A stretch of 62,922 nt of DNA, the filler included, from Octopus bimaculoides (lineage: Eukaryota), in the NCBI RefSeq assembly GCF_001194135.2. It is 3 parts of 3 records of this genome, joined end to end, with 100 filler letters (N's around TTAATTAATTAA, not from the genome) between each part and the next. Parts side by side here need not be neighbours in the genome. Positions count along the whole stretch, not along the records: positions 1 to 30,428 come from NC_068989.1; positions 30,529 to 53,231 come from NC_068998.1; 1 more part is not named here. One strand, given 5' to 3'. The notes beneath the pieces are model-generated. The model saw only the letters and a list, made by a program, of their open reading frames with translations, made no database searches and was not told the origin of the DNA. Shown piece by piece: positions 26,458-40,182 of this stretch; within the stretch, counting starts at the first letter, position 1; each line of letters begins with the position of its first letter. The position numbers and the translations under genes are program-made.

Positions 26458-27169
26458 AAGTAAATAGAAAATGGAGAAATATTGATCAACATCAATTAGC
26501 TAGCATCAGTTATTACTCTTTAATTAAATACATATAGACTTTATCTCATCTAACAGCTGTTTCTGTTTCCAATGTTATACGGTATTGCCACTGAAAATTC
26601 TGAAAATAATATTCGTTATATTTGGTAATACATCCGATCTGGTACATGGAGTATCATCAGAGTGAAGAACTATACAGAAAAGACAAAACAAAACAAAAGA
26701 AGAATTTCAAGAAGATGAAACGCTTAATATATTTAAATTATACCATTTTGTTATGTGTTCCTTCGGGAGGTTGAGTAAATGGTTATACTTAAAATAGTAA
26801 TTAGTGGGTTAATTTTTCTATTGTGGTAACAGGGTGGATAAGTAATAAAAAGATAAAAAATAAAAATTACAATAACGGGACAAAGAGGGGGTAAGAGTGC
26901 CATAACATTTTGAAGTAATCATAATAATTGTCAATAACTATGTTTATAGTACTAATTAATAGTTTATCATAATAAAGTGCCCATCAATTAATTTCTGTTA
27001 TTTACTTACCGATATGTTGTAAAGTCCAACCACCTATTGCCCGTAATGGGATTGACCAAAGTCCAGCGTTAGACATAATTGGTCAGTTAAATTTGTATTT
27101 AATTAAAGAGTAATAATCTATGTTAATTAATTGGTGTTGATCAATATTTCTCCATTTTTTTGTTTACTT
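26458..27169. mobile_element. Non-autonomous DNA transposon (MITE-like), about 710 bp with about 75-bp TIRs
   Basis: aagtaaatagaaaatggagaaatattgatcaacatcaatt...ttattactctttaattaaatac (26458-26531) is the imperfect reverse complement of 27095-27169. Confidence 0.75.
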
Positions 27170-27212
27170 TATGTGTGTTTGTGTTTGTAATACGCGCACA
27201 CACAGATGCGAC

Positions 27213-27290
27213 GAGCTCCTTTCAGTTTCCATCCACCAAATCCACTCACAAAGCTTTGTTCGGCCTGATGTTATACGAGAAGACAATCGA
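27213..27290 (-). mobile_element. Fragment of a further SINE family (related fragment near 62090-62175)
   Basis: Shared aaatccactcacaa(a/g)gc(t/a)ttg motif in both places. Confidence 0.5.
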
Positions 27291-27397
27291 CTTAGATGCA
27301 CGCCTGCACCTATAAGGAAAGAGCATTTTTATAGAATACAAGGAATTTTAATATTTCATATAATTATATGTATATATGTATTTTTGAATGTGTATAC

Positions 27398-27599
27398 TCA
27401 TTTCTACTCTAGGCACAAACCCGAAAGGTGCCGGTCGATGAGATCGATCCCAGTACGCAACTAGTATTTAATTTATCGACCCCGAAAGGATAAAAGGCAA
27501 AGTCGACCTCGACGGAATTTGAACTCGGAACGTAAAGACAGACGAAATACCGCTAAGTATTTCGCCCGGCGTGCTAACGTTTCTGCCAGCTCGCCGCCT
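27398..27599 (-). mobile_element. SINE family A, well-preserved full-length copy
   Basis: tttctactctaggcaca...gaaaggataaaaggcaaagtcgacctcgacggaatttgaactc...gtttctgccagctcgccgcct. Confidence 0.92.
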
Positions 27600-27782
27600 T
27601 TTTTTCAAGGTGTATATACATACATGTACGTATATGTATGTAGCTATTTTTGTATGTATATATCAGGGATTTGTAGTTGTATTATTAGTTGTAGGAGAAG
27701 TCTCGCGTGACTGGACAAGAAATAAACCTAGTTAGAGATGAGACATTCAAAGGCAGAGAGAGAGAGAAAGAGAGAGAGAGAA

Positions 27783-27831
<49 letters not shown>

Positions 27832-27833
27832 GT

Positions 27834-27868
<35 letters not shown>

Positions 27869-28714
27869 CGAGAGAGGGAGAAAGAGGGGGAGACAGCGAG
27901 AGAGAATGAGAGAGTGTGTGTGAGAGAGAGATAGAGGCTTACACACGCATGAATACAAAGCTACATAGACAAATAGACAGGCTGAGATAGAGATGTAGGG
28001 AGCATATGAAAGTGAGAGAGACAGACGGCTGAACAGATTGATAAATTCAGAGAGACAAGGAAAGAAGGAAGAAAGGAAGGAAGGAAGGAAGGAAGAAAGA
28101 AAGGAAGGAAGGAAGAAAGGAAGGAAATAATGTATAGCGAAAAAAACAAAGAGACATCATGAATAAATCAGTTCAAATACGGGGAAAGAAAAAAAAAAAC
28201 TGAAAATTAACGACACTGCAGCGACAGACTAATGATATATATGCTCTTTTATCTTTCAATGTTGGCATAGATTAACTGTGGTAAATTCAAATACAACGTA
28301 ATTATAGGCAGAGTGAAAAGTGTTTTTGTTTATATTAAAAGAAATACGTAAGAAAACCTACAGCAAAATAGCATTCATCTATATTTAACAATATTTACAA
28401 TGTTTACATTTTCTCTTCGAGAATTAAGACGATAGATTCGAAGGGAGGCAACTCTTACAAACCGGTCGGTTGTGATTGAAATGAAATTGAACTGTTTATC
28501 GGCCCTCACGTATGCGGATATGCTTGTGCACGCACACTCATATGTGTGTTGTTCAACATCATAAAGATGCACATAAACAAATGCTTAAACATATGTACGA
28601 TTACACACTCATAGACAGTCATGCATACACATATTAACAACATACATTGATGCAAAAATTTATATCTTGCTATAATTCTATGATTCTGCTATAATTCTGA
28701 CGTGCGTGTGTGTA

Positions 28715-28745
<31 letters not shown>

Positions 28746-29189
28746 ATGCGTGTGTGTGTATGCGTGTGTGTATGCGTGTGTGTGTAGATAGATAAATAAA
28801 TAAGAAGAATATATATATATATATATANNNNNNNNNNNNNNNNNNNNNNNNNNNNNNNNNNNNNNNNNNNNNNNNNNNNNNNNNNNNNNNNNNNNNNNNN
28901 NNNNNNNNNNNNNNNNNNNNNNNNNNNNNNNNNNNNNNNNNNNNNNNNNNNNNNNNNNNNNNNNNNNNNNNNNNNNNNNNNNNNNNNNNNNNNNNNNNNN
29001 NNNNNNNNNNNNNNNNNNNNNNNNNNNNNNNNNNNNNNNNNNNNNNNNNNNNNNNNNNNNNNNNNNNNNNNNNNNNNNNNNNNNNNNNNNNNNNNNNNNN
29101 NNNNNNNNNNNNNNNNNNNNNNNNNNNNNNNNNNNNNNNNNNNNNNNNNNNNATATATATGTACATAGGGGCTCAGCAAAGGAGAACGA

Positions 29190-29300
29190 TAGAATAAGTA
29201 ATAGGCTTACAAAGAATAAGTCCTGGGGGTCGATTTGCTCGACTAAACGCGAAGCCCCAGCATGGCTGTAATCAAATGAACGAAAGAAGTAAAAGAGTAA
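29190..29300 (+). mobile_element. SINE family B, 3' portion
   Basis: aaagaataagtcctgggggtcgatttgctcgact...ccagcatggc shared with 42117-42225. Confidence 0.7.
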
Positions 29301-29643
29301 ATGTGTGTGTGTGTGTGTTTATATATGTATATCTATCTATCCATCAATCTGAGATGCATAACTTAACTGTAACTTAGAGAATGCTTCTCTTTTGGATTTA
29401 TGATATATATATATGTATGTAGGTGGGTAAGTATATAAATGTATATGTATGTATGCATATGTATAAATGTATATATTATGATTGACCGTTGATTGGACAC
29501 TATTCAATTTTTTTCTCCGTGTTTTTCTCCTTGTCTCCGTATTNNNNNNNNNNNNNNNNNNNNNNNNNNNNNNNNNNNNNNNNNNNNNNNNNNNNNNNNN
29601 NNNNNNNNNNNNNNNNNNNNNNNNNNNNNNNNNNNNNNNNNNN

Positions 29644-29686
<43 letters not shown>

Positions 29687-29689
29687 GGT

Positions 29690-30250
29690 GCAGCGTCTGC
29701 TTTGCTTGTAGAGGCCTACACGCACATAACAACTGCATTCGAAGGAGTTCTCTGCCGCCGCTATTGGTTTTCCCTCCGTCGAGAGTGCTTTTGTGTGGTA
29801 GCGTGTTCCTGTTTATATTACCCTCACATTATCCCCTTTCGTAGTGTGTGTCTCCACTGTGGGCGATCATTTGCGACCTCCTCCCATCTCAGTACGTCCA
29901 GATCAATCGAATTCAAATCTCCCTTGCAGACATCCTTGAAACAAAGATGAGGCCGTCGTCGTGATCTTGTGCCGGTGGCCAATTCCTCATACAGGAAGTC
30001 TTTTGGGATCCTCCCGTCCGGCAATCAACGTACATTACCGAGCCAACGCAGGGTATATATGCTGGGTATCTTGCTGCAGTTGATGACATCGGTGTTGGTG
30101 ATGCGGTCGATCCACCTCACATCCAAGATGCGTCTCAAATTAAGAAGGTAGAATAAGTCGGGACGCCGCTTCTATCTGGAGTAAAAGCTCCAGGTCTCAC
30201 AACAGTAAAGTAGCGTACTAAGGACACACGCCTTATAAAGAGATGTAAAC
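29690..30250 (-). mobile_element. RTE-clade LINE, 3' fragment (decayed RT C-terminus)
   Basis: Minus strand reads YKACVLSTLLYCCETW...LRRILDVRWIDRITNTDV...LRWLG...DGRIPKDFLYEELATGTR...FKDVCKGDL...WEEVANDRPQWR, then a degenerate terminal Cys-rich motif. Confidence 0.88.
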
Positions 30251-30428
30251 TGGCAAACTACTTCAATAAATATATTCAGGCACCGAAAGGTAGGGAAAGA
30301 GCACAGAAGAAGTTACTTTTAAAAATGTATTAGCCGTATGTCATTAATGATTTTCATGGTCAGCACAATTACTATGCTTTCCATTCACACCCACACACAC
30401 ACACCCAATTACCCCCCATATATATATA

Positions 30429-30528
30429 NNNNNNNNNNNNNNNNNNNNNNNNNNNNNNNNNNNNNNNNNNNNTTAATTAATTAANNNNNNNNNNNNNNNN
30501 NNNNNNNNNNNNNNNNNNNNNNNNNNNN
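30429..30528. other. Artificial scaffold-join spacer
   Basis: Exactly 44 N + TTAATTAATTAA + 44 N = 100 bp; identical to 53232-53331. Confidence 0.93.
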
Positions 30529-30740
30529 TATATATATATATATATATATATATACACTCACACACACATATACATATATACACACACATATATACACGTA
30601 TATATATATACACAGAAGCATACGCATATATAGAGAGATAAATACTCATATATATATATAGATATATACGTGAGTGTGTGTGTGTGAAAATGTATATTAT
30701 ATAGAGATATTCGCACATATGTACCTATATCTATATACAC

Positions 30741-30800
<60 letters not shown>

Positions 30801-30953
30801 ATATAAATACTTTTACACGCCCAAATATTCTTTCTATATTTATGTATGTGTGTATTGTTTGTGCTAATATAGCAGCTTACTTTCCATTCATTGATAAATA
30901 TTCGAAAACTCGGAGTGTATGTGAACGTGTACGCTATTATCTTTCTAATACGT

Positions 30954-30993
<40 letters not shown>

Positions 30994-32668
30994 CTCTCGA
31001 CTGTTATTCTGTATATTTTTATATTTGTGCCAGCTAAAAAAAAAATATCAAAATTAGAAAAACAAAAATTTTCCAGAAAACAAAAACTGACCAACAACAA
31101 CAACATTAACAACAAAAATCAGAAATACAACAACATCAAGAACAACAACAACAGAAAAAAAAACTAAAATAAGTAATAACAACAGCAACAGGAAGAAGAA
31201 CAACACAGAAATAAGATTTCACCAAGTAAACACAGATTTCATTCACAAAACGAAAATGATTAATTAATTTTTAAAAAAGCACGTACACATTTAAAAACAC
31301 ACACATACAAGCATACACTCAAACACACACATACACACTCACACACATACACATACACATGCATACACATATATATATATATATAATCTCATATCCACAT
31401 GTATATACATACATATATATACATATACACACANNNNNNNNNNNNNNNNNNNNNNNNNNNNNNNNNNNNNNNNNNNNNNNNNNNNNNNNNNNNNNNNNNN
31501 NNNNNNNNNNNNNNNNNNNNNNNNNNNNNNNNNNNNNNNNNNNNNNNNNNNNNNNNNNNNNNNNNNNNNNNNNNNNNNNNNNNNNNNNNNNNNNNNNNNN
31601 NNNNNNNNNNNNNNNNNNNNNNNNNNNNNNNNNNNNNNNNNNNNNNNNNNNNNNNNNNNNNNNNNNNNNNNNNNNNNNNNNNNNNNNNNNNNNNNNNNNN
31701 NNNNNNNNNNNNNNNNNNNNNNNNNNNNNNNNNNNNNNNNNNNNNNNNNNNNNNNNNNNNNNNNNNNNNNNNNNNNNNNNNNNNNNNNNNNNNNNNNNNN
31801 NNNNNNNNNNNNNNNNNNNNNNNNNNNNNNNNNNNNNNNNNNNNNNNNNNNNNNNNNNNNNNNNNNNNNNNNNNNNNNNNNNNNNNNNNNNNNNNNNNNN
31901 NNNNNNNNNNNNNNNNNNNNNNNNNNNNNNNNNNNNNNNNNNNNNNNNNNNNNNNNNNNNNNNNNNNNNNNNNNNNNNNNNNNNNNNNNNNNNNNNNNNN
32001 NNNNNNNNNNNNNNNNNNNNNNNNNNNNNNNNNNNNNNNNNNNNNNNNNNNNNNNNNNNNNNNNNNNNNNNNNNNNNNNNNNNNNNNNNNNNNNNNNNNN
32101 NNNNNNNNNNNNNNNNNNNNNNNNNNNNNNNNNNNNNNNNNNNNNNNNNNNNNNNNNNNNNNNNNNNNNNNNNNNNNNNNNNNNNNNNNNNNNNNNNNNN
32201 NNNNNNNNNNNNNNNNNNNNNNNNNNNNNNNNNNNNNNNNNNNNNNNNNNNNNNNNNNNNNNNNNNNNNNNNNNNNNNNNNNNNNNNNNNNNNNNNNNNN
32301 NNNNNNNNNTATATATATATATATATATAAATATAAATATATATATACAGGTGCATACATACATACATATATATGTATGAATGCATGTATGTATGTATGT
32401 ATGTATGTATGTATGTATGTATAAAGAAACGCATTCATATATATCTGTGTGAATATATATCAATACACGCATACACATGCAGATGCACGCACACATGCAG
32501 ATACACACACACACACACACATACACACACACATATTTAGGTGTATATATTGCAACCGATAAATACATTTATATATATATTGATATAATTGTATATATGT
32601 GCCCGTGTGTAGCTATATATATGATGTAGTTATATATGTGATATATATATATATATATATGATATATA

Positions 32669-32699
<31 letters not shown>

Positions 32700-32790
32700 C
32701 ACACACGTATATAAAATATAATATGATAAGGGTTCATATATTCATATATACATACATAAACAAATATATACACATACGCATATATATATG

Positions 32791-32847
<57 letters not shown>

Positions 32848-32965
32848 NNNNNNNNNNNNNNNNNNNNNNNNNNNNNNNNNNNNNNNNNNNNNNNNNNNNN
32901 NNNNNNNNNNNNNNNNNNNNNNNNNNNNNNNNNNNNNNNNNNNNNNNNNNNNNNNNNNNNNNNNN

Positions 32966-33020
<55 letters not shown>

Positions 33021-33185
33021 TGTGAGCATGTTTTTGTGTGTGTGTGTGTGTGTGTGTGCGTGCTCTGTTGTTGCAAACAGCTTGATACAACATTTTATAA
33101 AATGTAAACAAATAACGTAAAAACAATTTGCATAAATAACTTTCTGATTGATGATTCTCCCCTTCCACTTCGCTTACTCCCCTCA

Positions 33186-33235
<50 letters not shown>

Positions 33236-33409
33236 CTCCCTTTCTCTCTCTCTTTCTCTACCTATCTATCTACCTAGATAGATAGGTAGAGAGCGTGAGA
33301 GAGAGATAGACGTGCTCTATTTATCAACACTACACCATAGGTATTAGAGGGCTCAATTAGGCCAAATCATAGCCTATGATTACGTTGAACTCTCTCATTG
33401 CTTCAAATA

Positions 33410-33852
33410 TACCTATACATATGCATACATACATGCATACAAAATACCTACATGCATACAAACATACATACATACATACATACATACATACATACATGCA
33501 TATAATGCATTCATACATACACACATACGTTCATACATACATACATATATACATACATACCTACAAACATACCTACATGCATACAAACATACCTACCTAC
33601 ATACATGCATATACATACATAGATACATAAGTACGTACATTCATACACAAATACATACATACATTCATACATACGTACTTACAAACATACCTACATACCT
33701 ACATACATGCATATACCTACATACATGCATATACCTACATACATTCATGCTTATACATACATATGCTCATACATACGTACATACACTCATACATACATAC
33801 ATACACACACACATTCATACATACATACATTCATACATACATACATACATAC
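33410..33852. repeat. Imperfect (TACA)n microsatellite field
   Basis: Direct reading. Confidence 0.9.
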
Positions 33853-34062
33853 ATCTTTTTGTGTGTATAATCCTTTTGTGAGTCGAGAAGTGAAGTGTGT
33901 TAAGAGAAACCATTAACTTTGTGGTTTATTAATTCAATTCTATTTTATTTTTCTCTGGTTTAAATTTAATTTACACAATAACCCAATTCTATTTATTAGT
34001 TTTTCAGAGGTGTGTTTGTTGTTGTCGTTGTTGTTGCTGTTGTTGTTGTTATTATTATTATT

Positions 34063-34256
34063 GTTCAGTAGTTTTATTTTTATAACGTGCTTTCACTTCA
34101 CTACCGAGCGCAGCTCTGTGCGCCTTGGGTATGTGCTGTGGTTTGCTGTGGTGCTCTTATGTTTACTGTATTGAAAGTGTTTTGCGTAGAATGTGTGCAG
34201 TACCCAGTAGTGCAATTTTCTGTATGTTATATATATTTGTAAGTTCTGGTGTTTTT
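34063..34256 (-). mobile_element. 3' end of an RLE-type (R4/Dong-like) non-LTR retrotransposon between (ATT)n tracts
   Basis: Minus strand encodes ELTNIYNIQKIALLGTAHILRKTLSIQ* (stop at 34163-65), the QKxxLLGTAxILR C-terminal motif, followed by a short 3' UTR and (AAT)n. Confidence 0.75.
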
Positions 34257-34287
34257 TATCATCATTATCAACATTATTATTATTAAA

Positions 34288-34326
<39 letters not shown>

Positions 34327-34332
34327 TTGGAA

Positions 34333-34555
34333 AGATGGTGAGCTGGACGAATCGTTAGTACGCCGGACGAAATGCTTAACGTTACTTCGTTTGTCTTTAC
34401 GCTCTGAGTTCAAATTCCGCCGAGGCCGACTTTGCCGTTCATCCTTTTGGGGGTCGATGAAATAAGAACCAGTTACGTGCTGGTATCGATGTAATCGACT
34501 AGCTACCTTCCCACCAAAATTTTCAAGGTTTTGTGCCTAGAGTAGAAATAATGAT
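34333..34555 (+). mobile_element. SINE family A, full-length
   Basis: ggtgagctggacgaatcgttagtacgcc...tgagttcaaattccgccgagg...cctagagtagaaataat. Confidence 0.9.
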
Positions 34556-34775
34556 AATAATAATAATTATTATTATTGAATAATATAAATTAATATTATT
34601 AAGAAATATTACCGGTCTCAGACTCATTGGAAAAAACAAAACTGTTGATACACCACAGCAGATAGTTTGAGAAGCACTGAACAAGACCAGGAGATATGGT
34701 GTAGATTGCTCACGAACTGAATTCATCGGTTAATCATACCACAAAATTTTGGTCTGTACAGTCGATATAAGCAGC

Positions 34776-34819
<44 letters not shown>

Positions 34820-35008
34820 GCTGGCCAGATTGGAGCAATATCGAGAATAACCAGCCGAAATTGCAATGATGATATGGATCTCGACTGAAGAGAGAAAACG
34901 CCGAATGACCTGTCCGTGTTTACTTTGTATCGTCTATCTGTATGTTTTGCCCCTTTCTTGTATCACCTAACTGTCTGGATGTTTTGCGTCCTTGTCCCAT
35001 TCTGTATT

Positions 35009-35056
<48 letters not shown>

Positions 35057-36321
35057 TCCCTCTATTCTGCCTTGCTGCATCTCTGAGGTCTTATTTGAGG
35101 GATACTTGTGCTGCTATATCGAGTTTCCTTTGATGGTTCACAGTTGTAGATATTGCTTTCTAGTTATTGTAGTCAATGATGTGGTCGTCATTGCTACTTC
35201 CGCTGTTGTTGTTCTTCTTGTTGTTATTGATCGAGAACAGGGATGATCGAAGACATCTTCTAATCTTCTCTTGAGCGACAGTGTTTCTAGAAGTTCGTTA
35301 TCCTCTCTTTGTGTATGTGTGTGTATTTGTCTGTCTGTGTGTGTGCGTGCATGTGTGTGTTTGTGTGTGTGAATGCATCCAAAGTGTGGTTATATAACTG
35401 GATATGGCGTCTGGTATTTTGATAAGTCTAAATTAGTAGAGGTATATCACTCTCAGAACTACACAAATACAGGAAAACAAACATATATTGCATACATACA
35501 CACACATATATATATATATAGGAATGTACACAAATACGAATGTACATGCATTCATATGTACAAACATAGATGCCTTCTAGGTACATAAACTCTGTCCACA
35601 TGTGGTCCCTATATAGTTCAGTTTACATACATGTAAAAACCGGTGTAACTTTGATACGCAATATGTGCAACTACATATATAAACATACAACACATACACC
35701 TGTACATACACATACATATACACACACATATACATATTTACATACGTACGTATATTTATGCATATATGTATGTATATATATGTGTGTGTGTGTGTGTGTG
35801 TATGTATGTACTATGGGTTATGTGCTATGTACACAGGCAGTCTTGTTTGCGTTTGTCGATGGGTGTTCGTTCGTGTAGCGAAGGCATGGTTAGTATTAAG
35901 TCAATATATTAGTGATGGTAATTAACGTTATCAAAACGAGGCTGTTCACCGGTGTTGATGTTGCGAAAAGACATCTAGAAAGTAAAAGGATAAAAAGGGG
36001 AAAAAAGGAAAAAGGAAAGAGGGTGGTGGGGAGGGTGGAGAGGGTGCCAGGGAGCGGGTTGTAAAAGAAAAGCAAACATGTTAGAACAACAACAGCAGCA
36101 ACAACAACGACAACGGCCGCAGCGACGACGGTAGAAGCTGCAATGTGTAGAAGAATGAAAGGATGTAATGTCGACAGAAGAAACGAGAGAGAGAGATAGA
36201 GACAGACAGACAGTCACAAGAGCTAAAATAAAGGAAGGAAAAATTACGTGTGTCTGTGTGTGTGTGTATGTGTGTAAGAGTATGTAGCTATGTATATTTG
36301 TATATATCTATCTGTGCGTGT

Positions 36322-36370
<49 letters not shown>

Positions 36371-37154
36371 NNNNNNNNNNNNNNNNNNNNNNNNNNNNNN
36401 NNNNNNNNNNNNNNNNNNNNNNNNNNNNNNNNNNNNNNNNNNNNNNNNNNNNNNNNNNNNNNNNNNNNNNNNNNNNNNNNNNNNNNNNNNNNNNNNNNNN
36501 NNNNNNNNNNNNNNNNNNNNNNNNNNNNNNNNNNNNNNNNNNNNNNNNNNNNNNNNNNNNNNNNNNNNNNNNNNNNNNNNNNNNNNNNNNNNNNNNNNNN
36601 NNNNNNNNNNNNNNNNNNNNNNNNNNNNNNNNNNNNNNNNNNNNNNNNNNNNNNNNNNNNNNNNNNNNNNNNNNNNNNNNNNNNNNNNNNNNNNNNNNNN
36701 NNNNNNNNNNNNNNNNNNNNNNNNNNNNNNNNNNNNNNNNNNNNNNNNNNNNNNNNNNNNNNNNNNNNNNNNNNNNNNNNNNNNNNNNNNNNNNNNNNNN
36801 NNNNNNNNNNNNNNNNNNNNNNNNNNNNNNNNNNNNNNNNNNNNNNNNNNNNNNNNNNNNNNNNNNNNNNNNNNNNNNNNNNNNNNNNNNNNNNNNNNNN
36901 NNNNNNNNNNNNNNNNNNNNNNNNNNNNNNNNNNNNNNNNNNNNNNNNNNNNNNNNNNNNNNNNNNNNNNNNNNNNNNNNNNNNNNNNNNNNNNNNNNNN
37001 NNNNNNNNNNNNNNNNNNNNNNNNNNNNNNNNNNNNNNNNNNNNNNNNNNNNNNNNNNNNNNNNNNNNNNNNNNNNNNNATATATATGTATATATATATA
37101 TAGAAATATATATATATATGTATATTTATATATGTATGTATGTGTGTATGTATG

Positions 37155-37199
<45 letters not shown>

Positions 37200-37271
37200 G
37201 CAGACCGACAGACAGATAGAAAGAAATAGAGATGGAGAGGGGGGAGATGTATACACATATATATGTATGTA

Positions 37272-37315
<44 letters not shown>

Positions 37316-37845
37316 AGAACTTGCTTATGCACACGTATATAGATGGGTGTGTGAGTGTGGATTGAAACAGATAGGTAAACAGATGGAGAGAGGGAGAGAG
37401 AGATAGAGAGAGTGAGAGAGAGACAGACAGAGAGACAGACAGAGACAGACAGACAGACAGACACACAGACAGACAGAGGAAGGAGAGAGAGAAGGCGAAG
37501 ACGACATACAGACTGACATAGAAAGTTCAGATGTAGAACGGAACTGCTTAACAGGACATCCAGTGGAATTGGCAAAAACAAGTTATCTTACATCGAGTCA
37601 CGTGACCTGTTTCTTGTTCCTGTTTAAAGTTTACAAGGATCTGACATCTTTTGAAATTAATTTGTAATGTTCCAGATACGGTAACAACAACAACAACAAC
37701 AACGACGTCGACGTCGACAACAACAACAACAACATCAATAATAAAAACGCTGATGATAAAATCAACAAATCCACTGCTACACAATTATTAATAACAGGCA
37801 TCTGGAAGGCATATTTGACGTGTACGCTATGTGCGTGTATGAGTC

Positions 37846-37877
<32 letters not shown>

Positions 37878-38528
37878 TGTGTGTGTCTGTGCTTGTGTGT
37901 GTTTGCGTGTTTCTATGGATATATATATATATATATATANNNNNNNNNNNNNNNNNNNNNNNNNNNNNNNNNNNNNNNNNNNNNNNNNNNNNNNNNNNNN
38001 NNNNNNNNNNNNNNNNNNNNNNNNNNNNNNNNNNNNNNNNNNNNNNNNNNNNNNNNNNNNNNNNNNNNNNNNNNNNNNNNNNNNNNNNNNNNNNNNNNNN
38101 NNNNNNNNNNNNNNNNNNNNNNNNNNNNNNNNNNNNNNNNNNNNNNNNNNNNNNNNNNNNNNNNNNNNNNNNNNNNNNNNNNNNNNNNNNNNNNNNNNNN
38201 NNNNNNNNNNNNNNNNNNNNNNNNNNNNNNNNNNNNNNNNNNNNNNNNNNNNNNNNNNNNNNNNNNNNNNNNNNNNNNNNNNNNNNNNNNNNNNNNNNNN
38301 NNNNNNNNNNNNNNNNNNNNNNNNNNNNNNNNNNNNNNNNNNNNNNNNNNNNNNNNNNNNNNNNNNNNNNNNNNNNNNNNNNNNNNNNNNNNNNNNNNNN
38401 NNNNNNNNNNNNNNNNNNNNNNNNNNNNNNNNNNNNNNNNNNNNNNNNNNNNNNNNNNNNNNNNNNNNNNNNNNNNNNNNNNNNNNNNNNNNNNNNNNNN
38501 NNNNNNNNNNNNNNNNNNNNNNNNNNNN

Positions 38529-38561
<33 letters not shown>

Positions 38562-39539
38562 CATATATTTCTGTGCATATATATATACACACACACATAC
38601 ACGCATACATATATACAAACATGCATATATATATATATATATACACATGCATACATGTATACATATATATATCCATGTATACACACACACACACATGTGT
38701 ATAAACGCACACTCATAAACACAGAGGTATACACACATACACATACACTGTGGAGAGCAGATGGACGGGAGGTGAGGTTTTAGTCAATTACATCGATCCT
38801 CAATATTTGATTTGTACTTCCGGTTATTATCAACCGGAAGAAGCAAAAGTAAAAAAAAAATGAAGAAAACGTAATCGACCTAATAACTATATTAATCATT
38901 GCTTTATTGAGCACAAGGGCCCAAGTGCCCATGATATTAGAGGCGGTAGTGGAAGTATAGTGCTTGGACGGGATATGAACAGAGAGGGGCAGGGAGGTTC
39001 ATCAAGTAAAATACAGCGATAATAATAATAACAACAAAAATGAACTAGAAAAGTAATATGAAGTTCTCTTATAACGAACACATCTCCTCAGGGCCAATCT
39101 AGGAATCCATACATTGAGCTTTTAAACATAATTTTTTAAAAGATTGGTTGCAGGCGAAGACATGTGTGTGTGTGTGTGTGTGTGNNNNNNNNNNGTGTGA
39201 TTAAGGAGGTCACTTGGAACTACGTGATTTTCGTGTCACTGCTTCTGCGCGGAACTTTGGACACGTATCGCTTTCGCTATGTTCTCAGCTTGAACGATGC
39301 GTTGTTTATGAATTTACCAAACGGAAACTGTGCGAAAGCTTCTCGTATACACAAGCACGCACACACGCGCGCGTTTTATTCCTTGGTACTCTTTGACAGC
39401 TCGACGAGCAGAGTCCCAATCAATCCCCATCTAGGTAAGATGCTGCCTCATCTACCATGATCATGTGACATGTGGTCGACCAATAGGAAGAGCCGTCAAG
39501 CTAACAATTTTGAGAAAGGATTCGTCAATACCATCGGCT

Positions 39540-39890
39540 CCAGAACTTCACTAAAACTTCATTTTATCGACCCTGGATGGATCGAAGACCAAGTTGTCCT
39601 CGATTCGAACTCAGAACGTAAAGATCCGCGTGGAATACTACAAAGCTTCGTTTGCAACTTTCCAATTATTCCACCGATATTAATAACGATTTCTTTCATT
39701 TAATGATAGTTTCCATTTTTTGGAAGAAAGCCAGCAATTTTAAAAGAAGGTTAGTCAATAGCATATTTTATCGATCTCCGATGGATGAAGAGCAAAGTCG
39801 ACCCCAGCGGGATTTGGACACTGAACGTGTGGAGTCGGAAGAATACCACAAGGTATATTATCCTGACGCTCTGACGAATCTGCCAGCGCA
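39540..39890 (-). mobile_element. Two adjacent degenerate SINE family A fragments
   Basis: ttttatcgaccc...gaactcagaacgtaaaga (about 39560-39630) and ttttatcgatctcc...gcaaagtcgacccc...gaatctgccagc (about 39765-39888). Confidence 0.6.
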
Positions 39891-39972
39891 TTGTCTGTGG
39901 GATAAGGCAGTCTTATGAAATACCTATAGATCGTTTATGATTTAAGAAGTTTCACACAGAAAAACACACACA

Positions 39973-40022
<50 letters not shown>

Positions 40023-40132
40023 NNNNNNNNNNNNNNNNNNNNNNNNNNNNNNNNNNNNNNNNNNNNNNNNNNNNNNNNAATACCTATAGATCGTTTATGA
40101 TTTAAGAAGTTTTACACAGAAAAACACACACA

Positions 40133-40182
<50 letters not shown>

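Noticed and set aside
30473-30484. TTAATTAATTAA palindrome (also 53276-53287) as a regulatory motif
   Set aside because: Symmetrically embedded in exactly 44 N on each side twice; an assembly spacer.
34818-34870. ggctgg...ccagcc-GAAA-TTGCAA-T resembling the 3' half of a minimal hammerhead
   Set aside because: No CUGANGA upstream (replaced by (TA)n) and position 17 is G; at best a vestige.
39918-40181. Direct repeat of about 100 bp flanking a gap
   Set aside because: Near-identical contig ends either side of an N run; most likely an unmerged overlap artefact.
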